From Aplysia californica (taxonomy: Eukaryota): DNA of 64,000 nt. This document shows, in pieces, positions 34,801 through 46,021 of the stretch. The notes below the pieces were generated by a model, which had not been told where the DNA came from, did not search any database, and was given only the letters and a program-made list of their open reading frames with translations. A program made the position numbers and the translations under genes. Within the stretch, counting starts at the first letter, position 1. Each line of letters opens with the position of its first letter. The stretch covers positions 29,934-93,933 of the forward strand of contig NW_004797694.1 of NCBI RefSeq assembly GCF_000002075.1, given 5' to 3'.

Positions 34801-37800
34801 CAACAAAAGCAGAACATGCACAGGAAAAAAACACTCACCACCAGCAATATACACAGCACTCACTAGCAACAAAATGCACACATATAACAATTTACAAATA
34901 CAGCAACAACGCAACACAGAGAGACAAGTGCATTCATCAACAACGCAGCACACACAAACAAACCCATTCCCAAACTACACAATGTCCACAAACAACCAAG
35001 GCACACACAAACAAATGTGAGGCATCCTGGTCAAATCAGGTGCTCGTCAAAATAATGAAATCAAACAAATCGGCATTATTTCAGCTGATGGGCACTTTTT
35101 TTTTTCGAATTTTCTTTTTTTGGTCGAACACCTTTTGTGTCCATTTAAAAACACATTTTTGTGTGGATTTTACTGAAAAACATTGATTAAAGGCACAAAA
35201 AATTAAAATTTTCATTTTCCAGGACTCTCAGGCTATGGAAGTTACCAAATTTTGGCAGCCAAATTCTCAGTAAGTGTACTTCTGAAACCAAGTGACCCTG
35301 ACCTCCTTCAATCGCAAATATTTCAACTTCTATTTAAGATACAGGGATATTTTTTTCACCAAAAGGAAGGCAAATGAACAGACTTTATGATGATACCAAT
35401 AACCCCACATACCCAAAAATTGACGAGCACCTGATTCCACCACTCCAGGACACAAAACCATTCCCAAACAACACAATGACCTCAAATGTGTTCCCCAACA
35501 ACGCGTGTCAACAAAAAGCCCACACATGTGTTCCCCAAAAACCCAGTGCAAGCACAATGACCTCAAATGTGTTCCCCAACAACGCGTGCCAAGCTCACCT
35601 GTGCAAAGTGAACAATGTCCTTGACCGAGGCCCCAGCCGGTGAGTGGTTCATGTACACCTCCAGTCTCGTCTGTGTATGAGATACAGCTCTGTCAGTTTG
35701 TTTGTTTAAGTATGTGTTTAAACGGCACTTGTAACACAATTATGTTTGTTATTTAAGTAGAGGTTTTACGGCACTCACAACTGCACAAGGTGATATGGGC
35801 GCCAAGGGGTGGATGTCAACAGAGAAGTCCTTACAGGGAATCAGACTTACTCTGCTCACCTCTCTAGCTTCAGCAGCACAAACGACTATCAAGGCACCCC
35901 GGAAATAGCGGGTCACGAGAGTGTGACAAACATACAAAAAAAGTAGAGGAAAATGACAATAGTAGGGATGAGGAAACAAAAAGCAGCAGTTCCCTGTTGT
36001 AGTTCAAGCACAGTTATGAGCATGACATAGTTAGATCAGCCCATTTACAATTTTACTGTGCACTAAAACGAGAAATGTCCCCCCTTTGGGAATGGCCTAA
36101 AGACACTTCAGTCAGTGGCACCGCCCCGGGGGGTTAACACAATTAGGTCATATGTCACATAAGTGCCCAAGATCAGAGATGTCACAAGGTATTACCCAAA
36201 AAAAAATGAGGACAGATCAGGACGATAGATGTTTGGTAGGAAAGAAGGACCAATCCACACTAGAGCACCCGCCAACCACCCACATGACTACTTTGGGTAG
36301 TGGAGACTGAACATCTATTTATGAGAAACCTTGAACATCTATTTATGAGAAACCTTGACCAGCAATATTACTTTAAAGACAAGATAGGAATATGCTGAAA
36401 CATACAGGAACAAACATACCACAGAAAATATTACTTTTCACAAAACAAGATAAAAACCACAAAACAAGATAAAAAAGACAACCCCATTGCATGTTGAAAA
36501 AGAAGAAAAAGCTAGAGGCCTCAGTATGAAGAACTTTCGCTCCTACTCGTCTTCTAATCTCTCGAACTATGTTTTTCTCCAAGAGAAGAGTCACGGAGAT
36601 GGATGTACAGAAAAGTAGGAAGAGCCCAGGACATGGAAAGGTGGAAAGTGTTTGTTCGTGGCCTATATCCTGATCCAGGGTGAGTAAGGCNNNNNNNNNN
36701 NNNNNNNNNNNNNNNNNNNNNNNNNNNNNNNNNNNNNNNNNNNNNNNNNNNNNNNNNNNNNNNNNNNNNNNNNNNNNNNNNNNNNNNNNNGAGACACAAA
36801 CACATGAAGCCATCCATAAAAAATAGATAAAGACTCACTAAAAAGAGAAATTGCTCAAACAACTCAGACACCTACCAACAAAAGCAGAACATGCACAGGA
36901 AAAAAACACTCACCACCAGCAATATACACAGCACTCACTAGCAACAAAATGCACACATATAACAATTTACAAATACAGCAACAACGCAACACAGAGAGAC
37001 AAGTGCATTCATCAACAACGCAGCACACACAAACAAACCCATTCCCAAACTACACAATGCCCACAAATGTGTTCATCAACAACCAAGGCACACACAAACA
37101 AATGTGAGGCATCCTGGTCAAATCAGGTGCTCGTCAAAATAATGAAATCAAACAAATCGGCATTATTTCAGCTGATGGGCACCTTTTTTTTTTCGAATTT
37201 TCTTTTTTTGGTCGAACACCTTTTGTGTCCATTTAAAAACACATTTTTGTGTGGATTTTACTGAAAAACATTGATTAAAGGCACAAAAAATTAAAATTTT
37301 AATTTTCCAGGACTCTCAGGCTATGGAAGTTACCAAATTTTGGCAGCCAAATTCTCAGTAAGTGTACTTCTGAAACCAAGTGACCCTGACCTCCTTCAAT
37401 CGCAAATATTTCAACTTCTATTTAAGATACAGGGATATTTTTTTCACCAAAAGGAAGGCAAATGAACAGACTTTATGATGATACCAATAACCCCACATAC
37501 CCAAAAATTGACGAGCACCTGATTCCACCACTCCAGGACACAAAACCATTCCCAAACAACACAAAACCCTCAAACATGTTCCCCAACAACGCGTGTCAAC
37601 AAAAAGCCCACACATGTGTTCCCCAAAAACCCAGTGCAAGCACAATGACCTCAAACGTGTTCCCCAACAACGCGTGCCAAGCTCACCTGTGCAAAGTGAA
37701 CAATGTCCTTGACCGAGGCCCCAGCCGGTGAGTGGTTCATGTACACCTCCAGTCTCGTCTGTGTATGAGATACAGCTCTGTCAGTTTGTTTGTTTAAGTA

Positions 37801-40800
37801 TGTGTTTAAACGGCACTTGTAACACAATTATGTTTGTTATTTAAGTAGAGGTTTTACGGCACTCACAACTGCACAAGGTGATATGGGCGCCAAGGGGTGG
37901 ATGTCAACAGAGAAGTCCTTACAGGGAATCAGACTTACTCTGCTCACCTCTCTAGCTTCAGCAGCACAAACGACTATCAAGGCACCCCGGAAATAGCGGG
38001 TCACGAGAGTGTGACAAACATACAAAAAAAGTAGAGGAAAATGACAATAGTAGGGATGAGGAAACAAAAAGCAGCAGTTCCCTGTTGTAGTTCAAGCACA
38101 GTTATGAGCATGACATAGTTAGATCAGCCCATTTACAATTTTACTGTGCACTAAAACGAGAAATGTCCCCCCTTTGGGAATGGCCTAAAGACACTTCAGT
38201 CAGTGGCACCGTCCCGGGGGGTTAACACAATTAGGTCATATGTCACATAAGTGCCCAAGATCAGAGATGTCACAAGGTATTACCCCAAAAAAAATTAGGA
38301 CAGATCAGGACGATAGATGTTTGGTAGGAAAGAAGGACCAATCCACACTAGAGCACCCGCCAACCACCCACATGACTACTTTGGGTAGTGGAGACTGAAC
38401 ATCTATTTATGAGAAACCTTGAACATTTATTTATGAGAAACCTTGAACATCTATTTATGAGAAACCTTGACCAGCAATATTACTTTAAAGACAAGATAGG
38501 AATATGCTGAAACATACAGGAACAAACATACCACAGAAAATATTACTTTTCACAAAACAAGATAAAAAAGACAACCCCATTGCATGTTGAAAAAGAAGAA
38601 AAAGCTAGAGGCCTCAGTATGAAGAACTTTCGCTCCTACTCGTCTTCTAATCTCCTGAGCTATGTTTTCTCCAAGAGAAGAGTCACGGAGATGGATGTAC
38701 AGAAAAGTAGGAAGACATGGAGTGGCATCAAGCGACTAGCCCAGGACATGGAAAGGTGGAAAGTGTTTGTTCGTGGCCTATATCCTGATCCAGGGTGAGT
38801 AAGGCAATGATGATGATGATGATTTCTCCAAAATTGTTTTCTGCGAATGCACTGAACTTGCTGTCAATTGTTTAAAGAGCTTGTGTTATTAATGCCAAAA
38901 GTTAAAGCCAAAGATGGGTAGAATGTTTTCTAAAAATAACTATCCTACCTGATTGAGATTGGTGAGGTCGGGCCCGGCCAGGATGAACAGGATGTTGTAG
39001 CAGACCCATCGTGTGGCCTCGTCATGACACAACAGATCCACCAGCGTCCGCACCAGTAAGTCACTGGGTAAAAAATCTCTCCTCCCTAACATGGCGAACA
39101 GAATCTACAGGGAAGGGGCAGGGAGTAGGGAGGGGGAGAGAAACAGACAAAAATTTTAAGTAACTGAACATGCGGGTACAAAAAAACATTTTCAAATTGC
39201 ATAAATCAGATACTTTGTAAGAGCACTTTTTTAAAACAGACCCTTGAGAGTAAAAAACAACATTTTGCACCAGATGACTTTCAGTAAAGTTCAGATCACA
39301 AATACAGAGACACTGTGTTGTGTTTTCTTTTTTTCGTAAGAGTTTTACGGCACTTGCAACACAATAAGATCATATAAGTGCCAAAGATTAGAGGTGTTAC
39401 AAGCTAGTAACAAACACAAAAAAGAAGGACGCCAGATCAGGATGATAGATGTTTGATAGAAAAGAAGGAGCAAACCACACCAGAGCACTCACCAACCACC
39501 ATCTTTGAGTAATTGAACAAGCGGGTACAAAAAAAACATTTTCAAGTTGCATAAATCAGATCAGATACTTAGTAAGAGCACTTTTTTAAATCAGACCCTT
39601 CTGAGTAAAAAACAACATTTTGCAATATTTTCACTAGATGACTTTCAGTAAAGTTCAAATCACAAGTACAGAGACATTGTGTTGAGGGCACAAAATCTTA
39701 TCATCAAACTTTGAACAGCCAAGGTTCTATTTCTTTAACAAAAAGAGGAATGTACAACATTCCAATCTCAATTTAATCAACAACATATCAGTGTGGCATA
39801 TGGATCAAATAACAACCTCTACTTGCTTAAAACTGGGTAAGTTTGCTGATGTTATTCCCATAAGTCAAAGAATTACAACATGTAAAATGCGATGCCTTAG
39901 AAAAGAAGTAAACAAGACCAGGCGAGACAAAATTAGAAACACAGTAATCAGAGAAATGGTGGGCACAAATGATGTCATGCATCACATCCAACAACAAAGA
40001 ATCAAAAGGTTCAGACATCTCATGTGATTACCAACACACCACCCAGCACTGGGCGATCGAGAAAGACCTGGATAGATGGAGTCAGGGAAACATTAACAAC
40101 TCACAGCATCCCCCTGAGCCAAGCTCTACGGCTGGTGGCAGAGAGACATCTCTTTCTTCCCACGACACCCAAAAGGGTATAAGCGGTGGATAAAAGTAAA
40201 AGCAAAGTAAAGTATTCCCATAAGTCCCATAACTCATATAGTGTAAAGCGCATAGAGCCTGCTGTTGAGTGGGGATATGCGCTATACAAATGCTATTTAT
40301 TATTGTTTATTAACTCAGGCCAAATATCCTTGTGTGATAGTGTTCCCCACCCAAACACACCCACAAACACAAAATTGTCACATCTTTCTTTTGTCACTAC
40401 TGCAGTCACAGTCAACAATAAAACCTACTCTGTTTTGCTGGAGAATTTTTGCTGTAGAATATTGATAAACAATCCCTATCAGATCCGTTTCTTTCATCCA
40501 TTGAAGTTCAATGAGATCTTTCTTCTTCTCTTGTCAAATATCAGTAATCAGTTCTGTCAAACACAGAGTCATGGACTGAAGGCTGAAGATAATATGACTA
40601 ATAAATATATGAGAGGAAAGGAAACCGCAGTGTGATGATAACATTGAAAGATAGCATGAGATATACATATTTCCTAGTTACCTTCCAATTTTCGAAAATA
40701 TTTCTGTGTGGATTTTACTTTAAAACGATCAAGGGCACAACAAATCTAAATTTACAGTTTCAAGGGACACTCAAGCTTTGGAAGTCACCAAATTTTGGCA

Positions 40801-43800
40801 GTCAATTTCTTACTAATTATACCCCTACACCAGGTGACCCCCCGTCTCTTTCAATCCCAAAAATCTCTACTTCTATTCAAGACAAATGGGCATTTTTTCA
40901 CCAAAAGCAAGATTTAAGATTAAACCAATAACTCCACGGGCCCAAAAATTGACAAGCACCTCATTCCACTGTAACGTGACACATATGGAGAAATCATTTA
41001 ATTTCCCCTGAAGCCACAGGCTATTTATTAGAAATACTTGGGGGGTTAAACCTTCTTATGGCTTTGTTTGTGACCTTCAAGAGAAATGTATTAGTGATGC
41101 TCTAAAACCTGTTGGTATTAGCTACACAAATGTCATTCATGATAATAAAAGGAGCGACAAGAAAAGAATTAACACATCTGTGTCTGCTCACAAAAACGAC
41201 AAAAGAGCTATGCGTCGACTGATAATCCTTTGACGCTTACCTCATCAGGTATTTCTGCCAGGTACTGGACCAGAGATACGGTGTTTGAGATCAGTGTGAC
41301 AGGTGCCAGGGTCACAAAAATGTTCACCTGTGGAACATAAAGAAGCAATTGTTGGCGGAACATAAGGTACATTTGCTAGTGAAACATAAAGCACACCTGT
41401 CAGTAAATTAATCAACATTTATCAAGACTTCAAACTTATGAGTAATAAGTTTAACCGCAGTAAGTTTACAGATACATACGAGTCCTACAACTCCAAGCCT
41501 CTCAAAACTCCATCAAAAGCAAATAGGAAAAATGTCCAATACTGTCTGTTAGAATATGAAACAATGATGACACAGGCAGGTAACTCTATACTATGTATGT
41601 AGTAGTATAGGGTTTTACGGCGCCCGCAACTGCTAAGGTCATATGAGCGCACTCTATACTATAAAAGGAGCTAATCCATACAAAAGTCTCTCTAAATTTC
41701 TTAGACATCTGATGGTATCATTAGCGCCTCACCTTTTTCTGCATGTCTGGTCTCTGAGAGAAGAGAGCAAAAGCCATGGTGGTGCCCTGTGAGTGCCCGA
41801 CGTAGGACAGAGAACTCTGGTTTGTTTTGTTCAGGACAAAGTCAATGAAAGCTGTAAGGTCGTACTTGGCCATTTCGTCAAAGCTGTGGAAGTGGAAACA
41901 AAGAACTTAAGACAAAAAGCAACTTTAGTGAAACCTAAGTTTTCAAATTCCAAAAACTCAAAAAGAGGAACAGAGAACCACTCTTGAGTATTAATAGGGT
42001 CTAGAAGAAGAATATTTTGGAGAGACGAAAGCAACATTATTTTCAGAACAATCTCTCGAACACTGCCATATTCAAATCATCTATAGTCTCTTCACTGAGA
42101 GCATTAAGATATTTTGATAAACAAAATATGCATTAATAACAAGTAAGCATGAATAAGAATTGAAATCAGAAAAATAGCCCAAGTGACAATTTAATATTGA
42201 AAGGCAATTTTTTAAAAACATTGCATCCACATGTTCTAGTTGTCTCATTTTTTTTTTTTAAGTGTTTTACCGCGCTAGCAACTGCACAAGGTCATATGAG
42301 CGCGCACGATACATCTTACATTTTCAGTTGGTAGGAAATTTTGAATTTTGCCCTCCTGGCGGCTGAAGCCTACTCTTATCGATTTTAGACCATCGAGGGA
42401 ACTTTAACGTGCGCAACTTACAAACAGGCCCTCCGAGATTTTTCGCCCTTGTCCGAGGAGGCTAGGTGTAGATCTTTCCTACCAGAAGATCAGGGGTGTG
42501 GCTGAACACCAACAGTAAGAAGGAGCCAAGGAGTAGCAGTAGCAAGGCTGCAGAAAGAGTCAGGAGCCCAGAGAAGGGGGCAAGAGGTGAGGGGGTGGGG
42601 GCAGAAAGAGGAGGCGAAAGCAGATGACAGAACATAGTTAGAGAGAAGGAAAAGAGTTGAAAGGAGACGATTTTGGAGAAGAAAATTTTTTTGATCTCCA
42701 CCCGGATTCGAACCCAGGACTTTTAAACGAGAGGCCAACACCTTTAACCTCTAGGCCAAGAGAGCCCCCGTTGTCTCACTGACAAATGTGAATAAAAGAA
42801 AAAGCTAAAAGTTACCTCCAGTCCCAGAACTTAGGATTACCGGGCCTCAACTTCACATGTTTCCGGGACAACGTATTCCCTCGAGAGTTGCCCATCCACA
42901 CGTCGTATCCCGCATCTGCCAGGATGAAACCTGCACACAAATAGCGCATAAAAGCGGAGATGAATTTTGCGAAAAGAAAGAGAAAAATTCCCCATTTTGG
43001 TCCAGTTTGTTATCAGCTGGGACACAAGGGGAAATCTTAAGGAGCATGCAATGTGGTAAATTATCAATGCCAAGATTACCTGCAACTGCAAGAAAAAAGA
43101 CAGAATCTTATCAAATATAAAGCAGTTGAAGTTAACAAGCCAGTATAAGGCTTTGCATCCCTTCCAACAGTAGACTTACATAATTTTACAATCTAGTACT
43201 CATTCACATATTTCTGTCCCTGCTCATTGCCATCTAACTACCAAGTTGCAACTGAGTAAAGAGAGCGCAATTTTTTCTGTCCGTTTAGTTTGAGTTTTAC
43301 AGCACTTGAAATGCAATAAGGTCATAGAGGTGATGAAGATTAGAGGTATTACAAGAGAGTAACAAACACAAAAGAAACGCAGGAGAGATCAGTATGATAG
43401 ATGTTTGATAGGAAAGGAGGAGCAAACCACACCAGAACACCCGTCAACCACCAGCAACTGAGCACAATGAGACAAAATCGTTTTTTTAACGATACAAAAT
43501 CCTATCTGCAAAATTGGGAACCAAATTCAAACTCTGAAGAGCCTGAAGAGAGCAGCACAAAATCTGCTTCCAATTATAATTTGACTTCTCTTAAGTAATC
43601 AAGAGGACAAAATTCCATCTGTAGGCTAAAAACAATTATAAATCAGATTGGATCACAGTGAAAATATATAGCAGGATACAATAACTCCTGTCCCGATACA
43701 CACCAAGACTTCCGTTGGCAAAGTTCATCACCCAGTCGCACGATGAAGACAACAATCCATGCTGCAGGAACACCACTGGCTTTGAGCGGCCGCTACCATC

Positions 43801-46021
43801 ACTACTGATAGGTATTTCTCCCCGACCTGACGGGATGCGGTGAACGTCCAACAGGAAACCATCTTCTGTCTGCACTGTGTACTTTTCACTAATGTAGCCT
43901 TGACTCAAGATCAGCTCCGTCTGCAATGGAACACAGAAACTTGGAGCAACTTTCGAGGCATATTTATTTTTTACATAAAAAATTATGGGTATAAAAAACT
44001 GTCACATAGTTTTGACTTGTTGTCAAACGGGGAGAAAACTTATACTCAACGAATTATAGGATTGCCTTTTTTTGTAGTTCCATCAAAACGACCTAATTAC
44101 ATGTTGAGAGCTGAAAATTTCAAAACACAAAGAGACTTTTTACTGCCTTCTTCAATCAGTTACAGTGGTCCTCTTGTGGTTGGGGTTGGTATCATCTCAG
44201 AAAATACTACAAGGACTCCTTATACTGTGTATAAAGGGCACTGCCCTAGTAAAAATGCCATTGATGAACAGAAACTATTGATTGGATTCTCTTGCACAAT
44301 GCTCCTCAGTGACAATGCAGCTCCCCACAAATCAAAGGCCGCAAGTTTATGCATACAAGAGAAAGGTATCTAAGTTTTGCATCAACCAACTTAGTTTCCT
44401 GAGACACCTGGTCATTTCCTACTCCAAAAGATAAGTTTGCTCTACGGAAGTTAGAATGCATACACAGGACGAAACAAGAGCTGTAAATTCAGAGCTGTGA
44501 AGCATACAGGAAGCTGATTACTGCTGTGCTTTCCAGAAGTGGCTGTGGAGCTGAAACCCTGAACACAAAGTCTACAAAATCATTTCAATGGACTGAAAAT
44601 TTCAGTCTCTAGCATTGACAGTTTTTTAGATACCGGGTGTCTAAAAAAAAGAGGACCCACTTAAATGGCAATAACTCGGTTATCTTTGAACGAATTTTAA
44701 CAAACTTCTGAGAAATAAAAATTCAACCATGGGTACATTAGGTATGACAATATGAAAATAAATTGACTTATATGTTTAAAAAATATCAAATTTTAAAAGT
44801 TTCAACTAAAACTGACTGAAATGCAAAACTGTGCAACTTCTTATAAAATCTACCATATTGTCCTGTTTCAAATGTTCACTATTTGTGCATTGAAGAACAA
44901 ATTAATAATTAACGCAAAATTGATTGCTAAATAAACTACTCCAGCAAGGTGCTAGGTATTAAAATCTCTAGGTGTAGACCATTTCTTTACATGCTCCAAC
45001 AAGCACTGGAAATTTTGAAAAGCCCTAGGGCATGTCTTTGGGTCGATTCTTTGGACGTCCTGTTCAACAATGAGTTTTAACTGTTCGATTGTTTGCGAGT
45101 TGTTTCCATACACTCTGTCAAAAATCCCCAAAAGTAATAACTGAAGGGGCTCAAGTTGGGGGGGAATGTGGTAACCATTCATTAGTAAATTTTCGGCTCT
45201 TAATGCGTTCCTCAAACCTTTCTTGTAACTAAATTAGGGCCACTCTTGGTGTGTGGGTTGTGGCCCAATCCCAAAGGAACCACGCCTGTACAGAATACAT
45301 TCTCCCCAAACTTCTACAAAACTTGTCCAGCCCGTCTTCTATCTGAAGTAACTGTTGTGGTTTTGCTGTCATTGTCCTGAAACCAGAACAGGCCGATCAC
45401 GTCCCTGTAGCTGAACGCTTATATAAGTAAAATTTCACGCTTTACCCAATTTTGGTTGAAATTTTAAAAACTAGATATTTCTCTAACACGCCGAATAATT
45501 TTCTTCATATTTACAAACTTGTCATCGTCATAATGGAATTTTATTTGTTCAGGGTTTTTTTTATTAGTGTAGAAATGACAGACAATTATTACCCTTTAAT
45601 TTTAAGTGGGTTCTCTTTTTTTTCAGACACCCTATACTTCACAACTTCTTTTGCTTTTTTATCCACCTTCATATATATATACACCTGTATTGTATAATAA
45701 TTTAATTCTTTATCTTACCATGTTTTTCCTTGCATCTGGATCAAGCTTGTTCTTCCGGAATACATGACCACCCAATCTGGAGGAATCACGGACATTTTCC
45801 TGCCAACTTTCATGTTGACGGAAAAGACTGTAATCCCCCTCGCTCTTCCCAAAGCGCTTCAACAACGACAACACCTTCTCACTCGAAAATGTAATCTTGT
45901 CTCCACTCTCACTCCTTAAAAAATGTCCAAGGTCATCTGCTGACACATTCACAGTCAAGCAACACAGGAAGATCATGAAGTTGATCAGGAGACTCCATGG
46001 CTTACAAGAAAATCTAGCCAT
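31822..46021 (-). CDS. Acid lipase of the lysosomal acid lipase / gastric lipase (LIPA/LIPF) family (10 exons, about 470 aa, signal peptide)
   Basis: Exons 46021-45719, 43920-43704, 42930-42816, 41883-41733, 41327-41241, 39104-38949, 37758-37687 (identical second copy at 35670-35599), 34076-34005, 33326-33240, 31974-31822. Motifs: [48 protein letters not shown], nucleophile GHSQG, DWL (Asp) and WNHLDFVWG (His). The catalytic triad is intact. Confidence 0.92.
32086..32257 (-). mobile_element. Family A copy in the last lipase intron
   Basis: TSD cacatgg(t/g)cacagt at 32072-32085 and 32258-32271. Confidence 0.8.
35028..35442. mobile_element. ~410-bp MITE with ~25-bp TIRs (copies at ~21020-21408, 37115-37530, partial 40690-40970)
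   Basis: Left end tggtcaaatcaggtgctcgtcaa; right end ttgacgagcacctgattccacca. Confidence 0.65.
36135..36283 (-). mobile_element. Partial family A copy (repeated at about 38223-38370 within the 2-kb duplication)
   Basis: Ends in gagcacccgccaaccacccac; the 3' tail is missing. Confidence 0.7.
39325..39500 (-). mobile_element. Family A copy
   Basis: gttttacggcacttgcaac...accacaccagagcac. Confidence 0.8.
39740..40212 (+). mobile_element. Degenerate RTE-clade LINE 3' fragment, followed by an L2-type tail fragment (40240-40310)
   Basis: Translates to [27 protein letters not shown]...[13 protein letters not shown], matching the RTE C-terminal pattern [22 protein letters not shown]; (AAGT)n-like tail. 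Confidence 0.75.
41595..41650 (-). mobile_element. 56-bp tail-only retroposed fragment
   Basis: Only the stem-loop tail is present; 12-bp TSD actctatactat at 41583-41594 and 41651-41662. Confidence 0.8.
42248..42769 (-). mobile_element. Full-length tRNA-derived SINE (family B; tRNA-Glu-like head, Meta/MESC-like central domain, same 3' stem-loop as family A)
   Basis: A box TGGCCTAGAGG and B box GGTTCGAATCC; central ggacaagggcgaaaaatctcggag...gcacgttaaag; TSD gttgtctca at 42239-42247 and 42770-42778. The Meta/MESC assignment is from memory. Confidence 0.8.
43284..43453 (-). mobile_element. Family A copy
   Basis: Same consensus, moderately diverged. Confidence 0.75.
44150..44580 (+). mobile_element. 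Mariner transposase remnant
   Basis: [12 protein letters not shown]...GI*VLHQP resembles mariner LLHDNAPPH...VLPHPPYSPDLAP; contains stops and frameshifts. Confidence 0.5.
44633..45634 (-). mobile_element. Internally deleted Tc1/mariner DNA transposon in lipase intron 1
   Basis: ~33-bp TIRs (ccgggtgtctaaaaaaaagaggacccacttaaa / tttaagtgggttctctttttttcagacacccta) flanked by TA; degenerate transposase C-terminus [15 protein letters not shown]...C.RAFQNF. Confidence 0.75.

Larger units (their letters stand above)
34716..38805. repeat. ~2-kb near-identical direct duplication (34716-36690 and 36791-38805) containing lipase exon 7
   Basis: The copies differ only by a few SNPs and indels and are separated by exactly 100 N; a third partial copy lies at 32828-33165. 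Confidence 0.9.

Noticed and set aside
42690-42769. tRNA-like sequence with A and B boxes (also 58136-58210)
   Set aside because: These are SINE heads continuing into dispersed repeat bodies with TSDs; the acceptor stems are not intact, so they are not tRNA genes.
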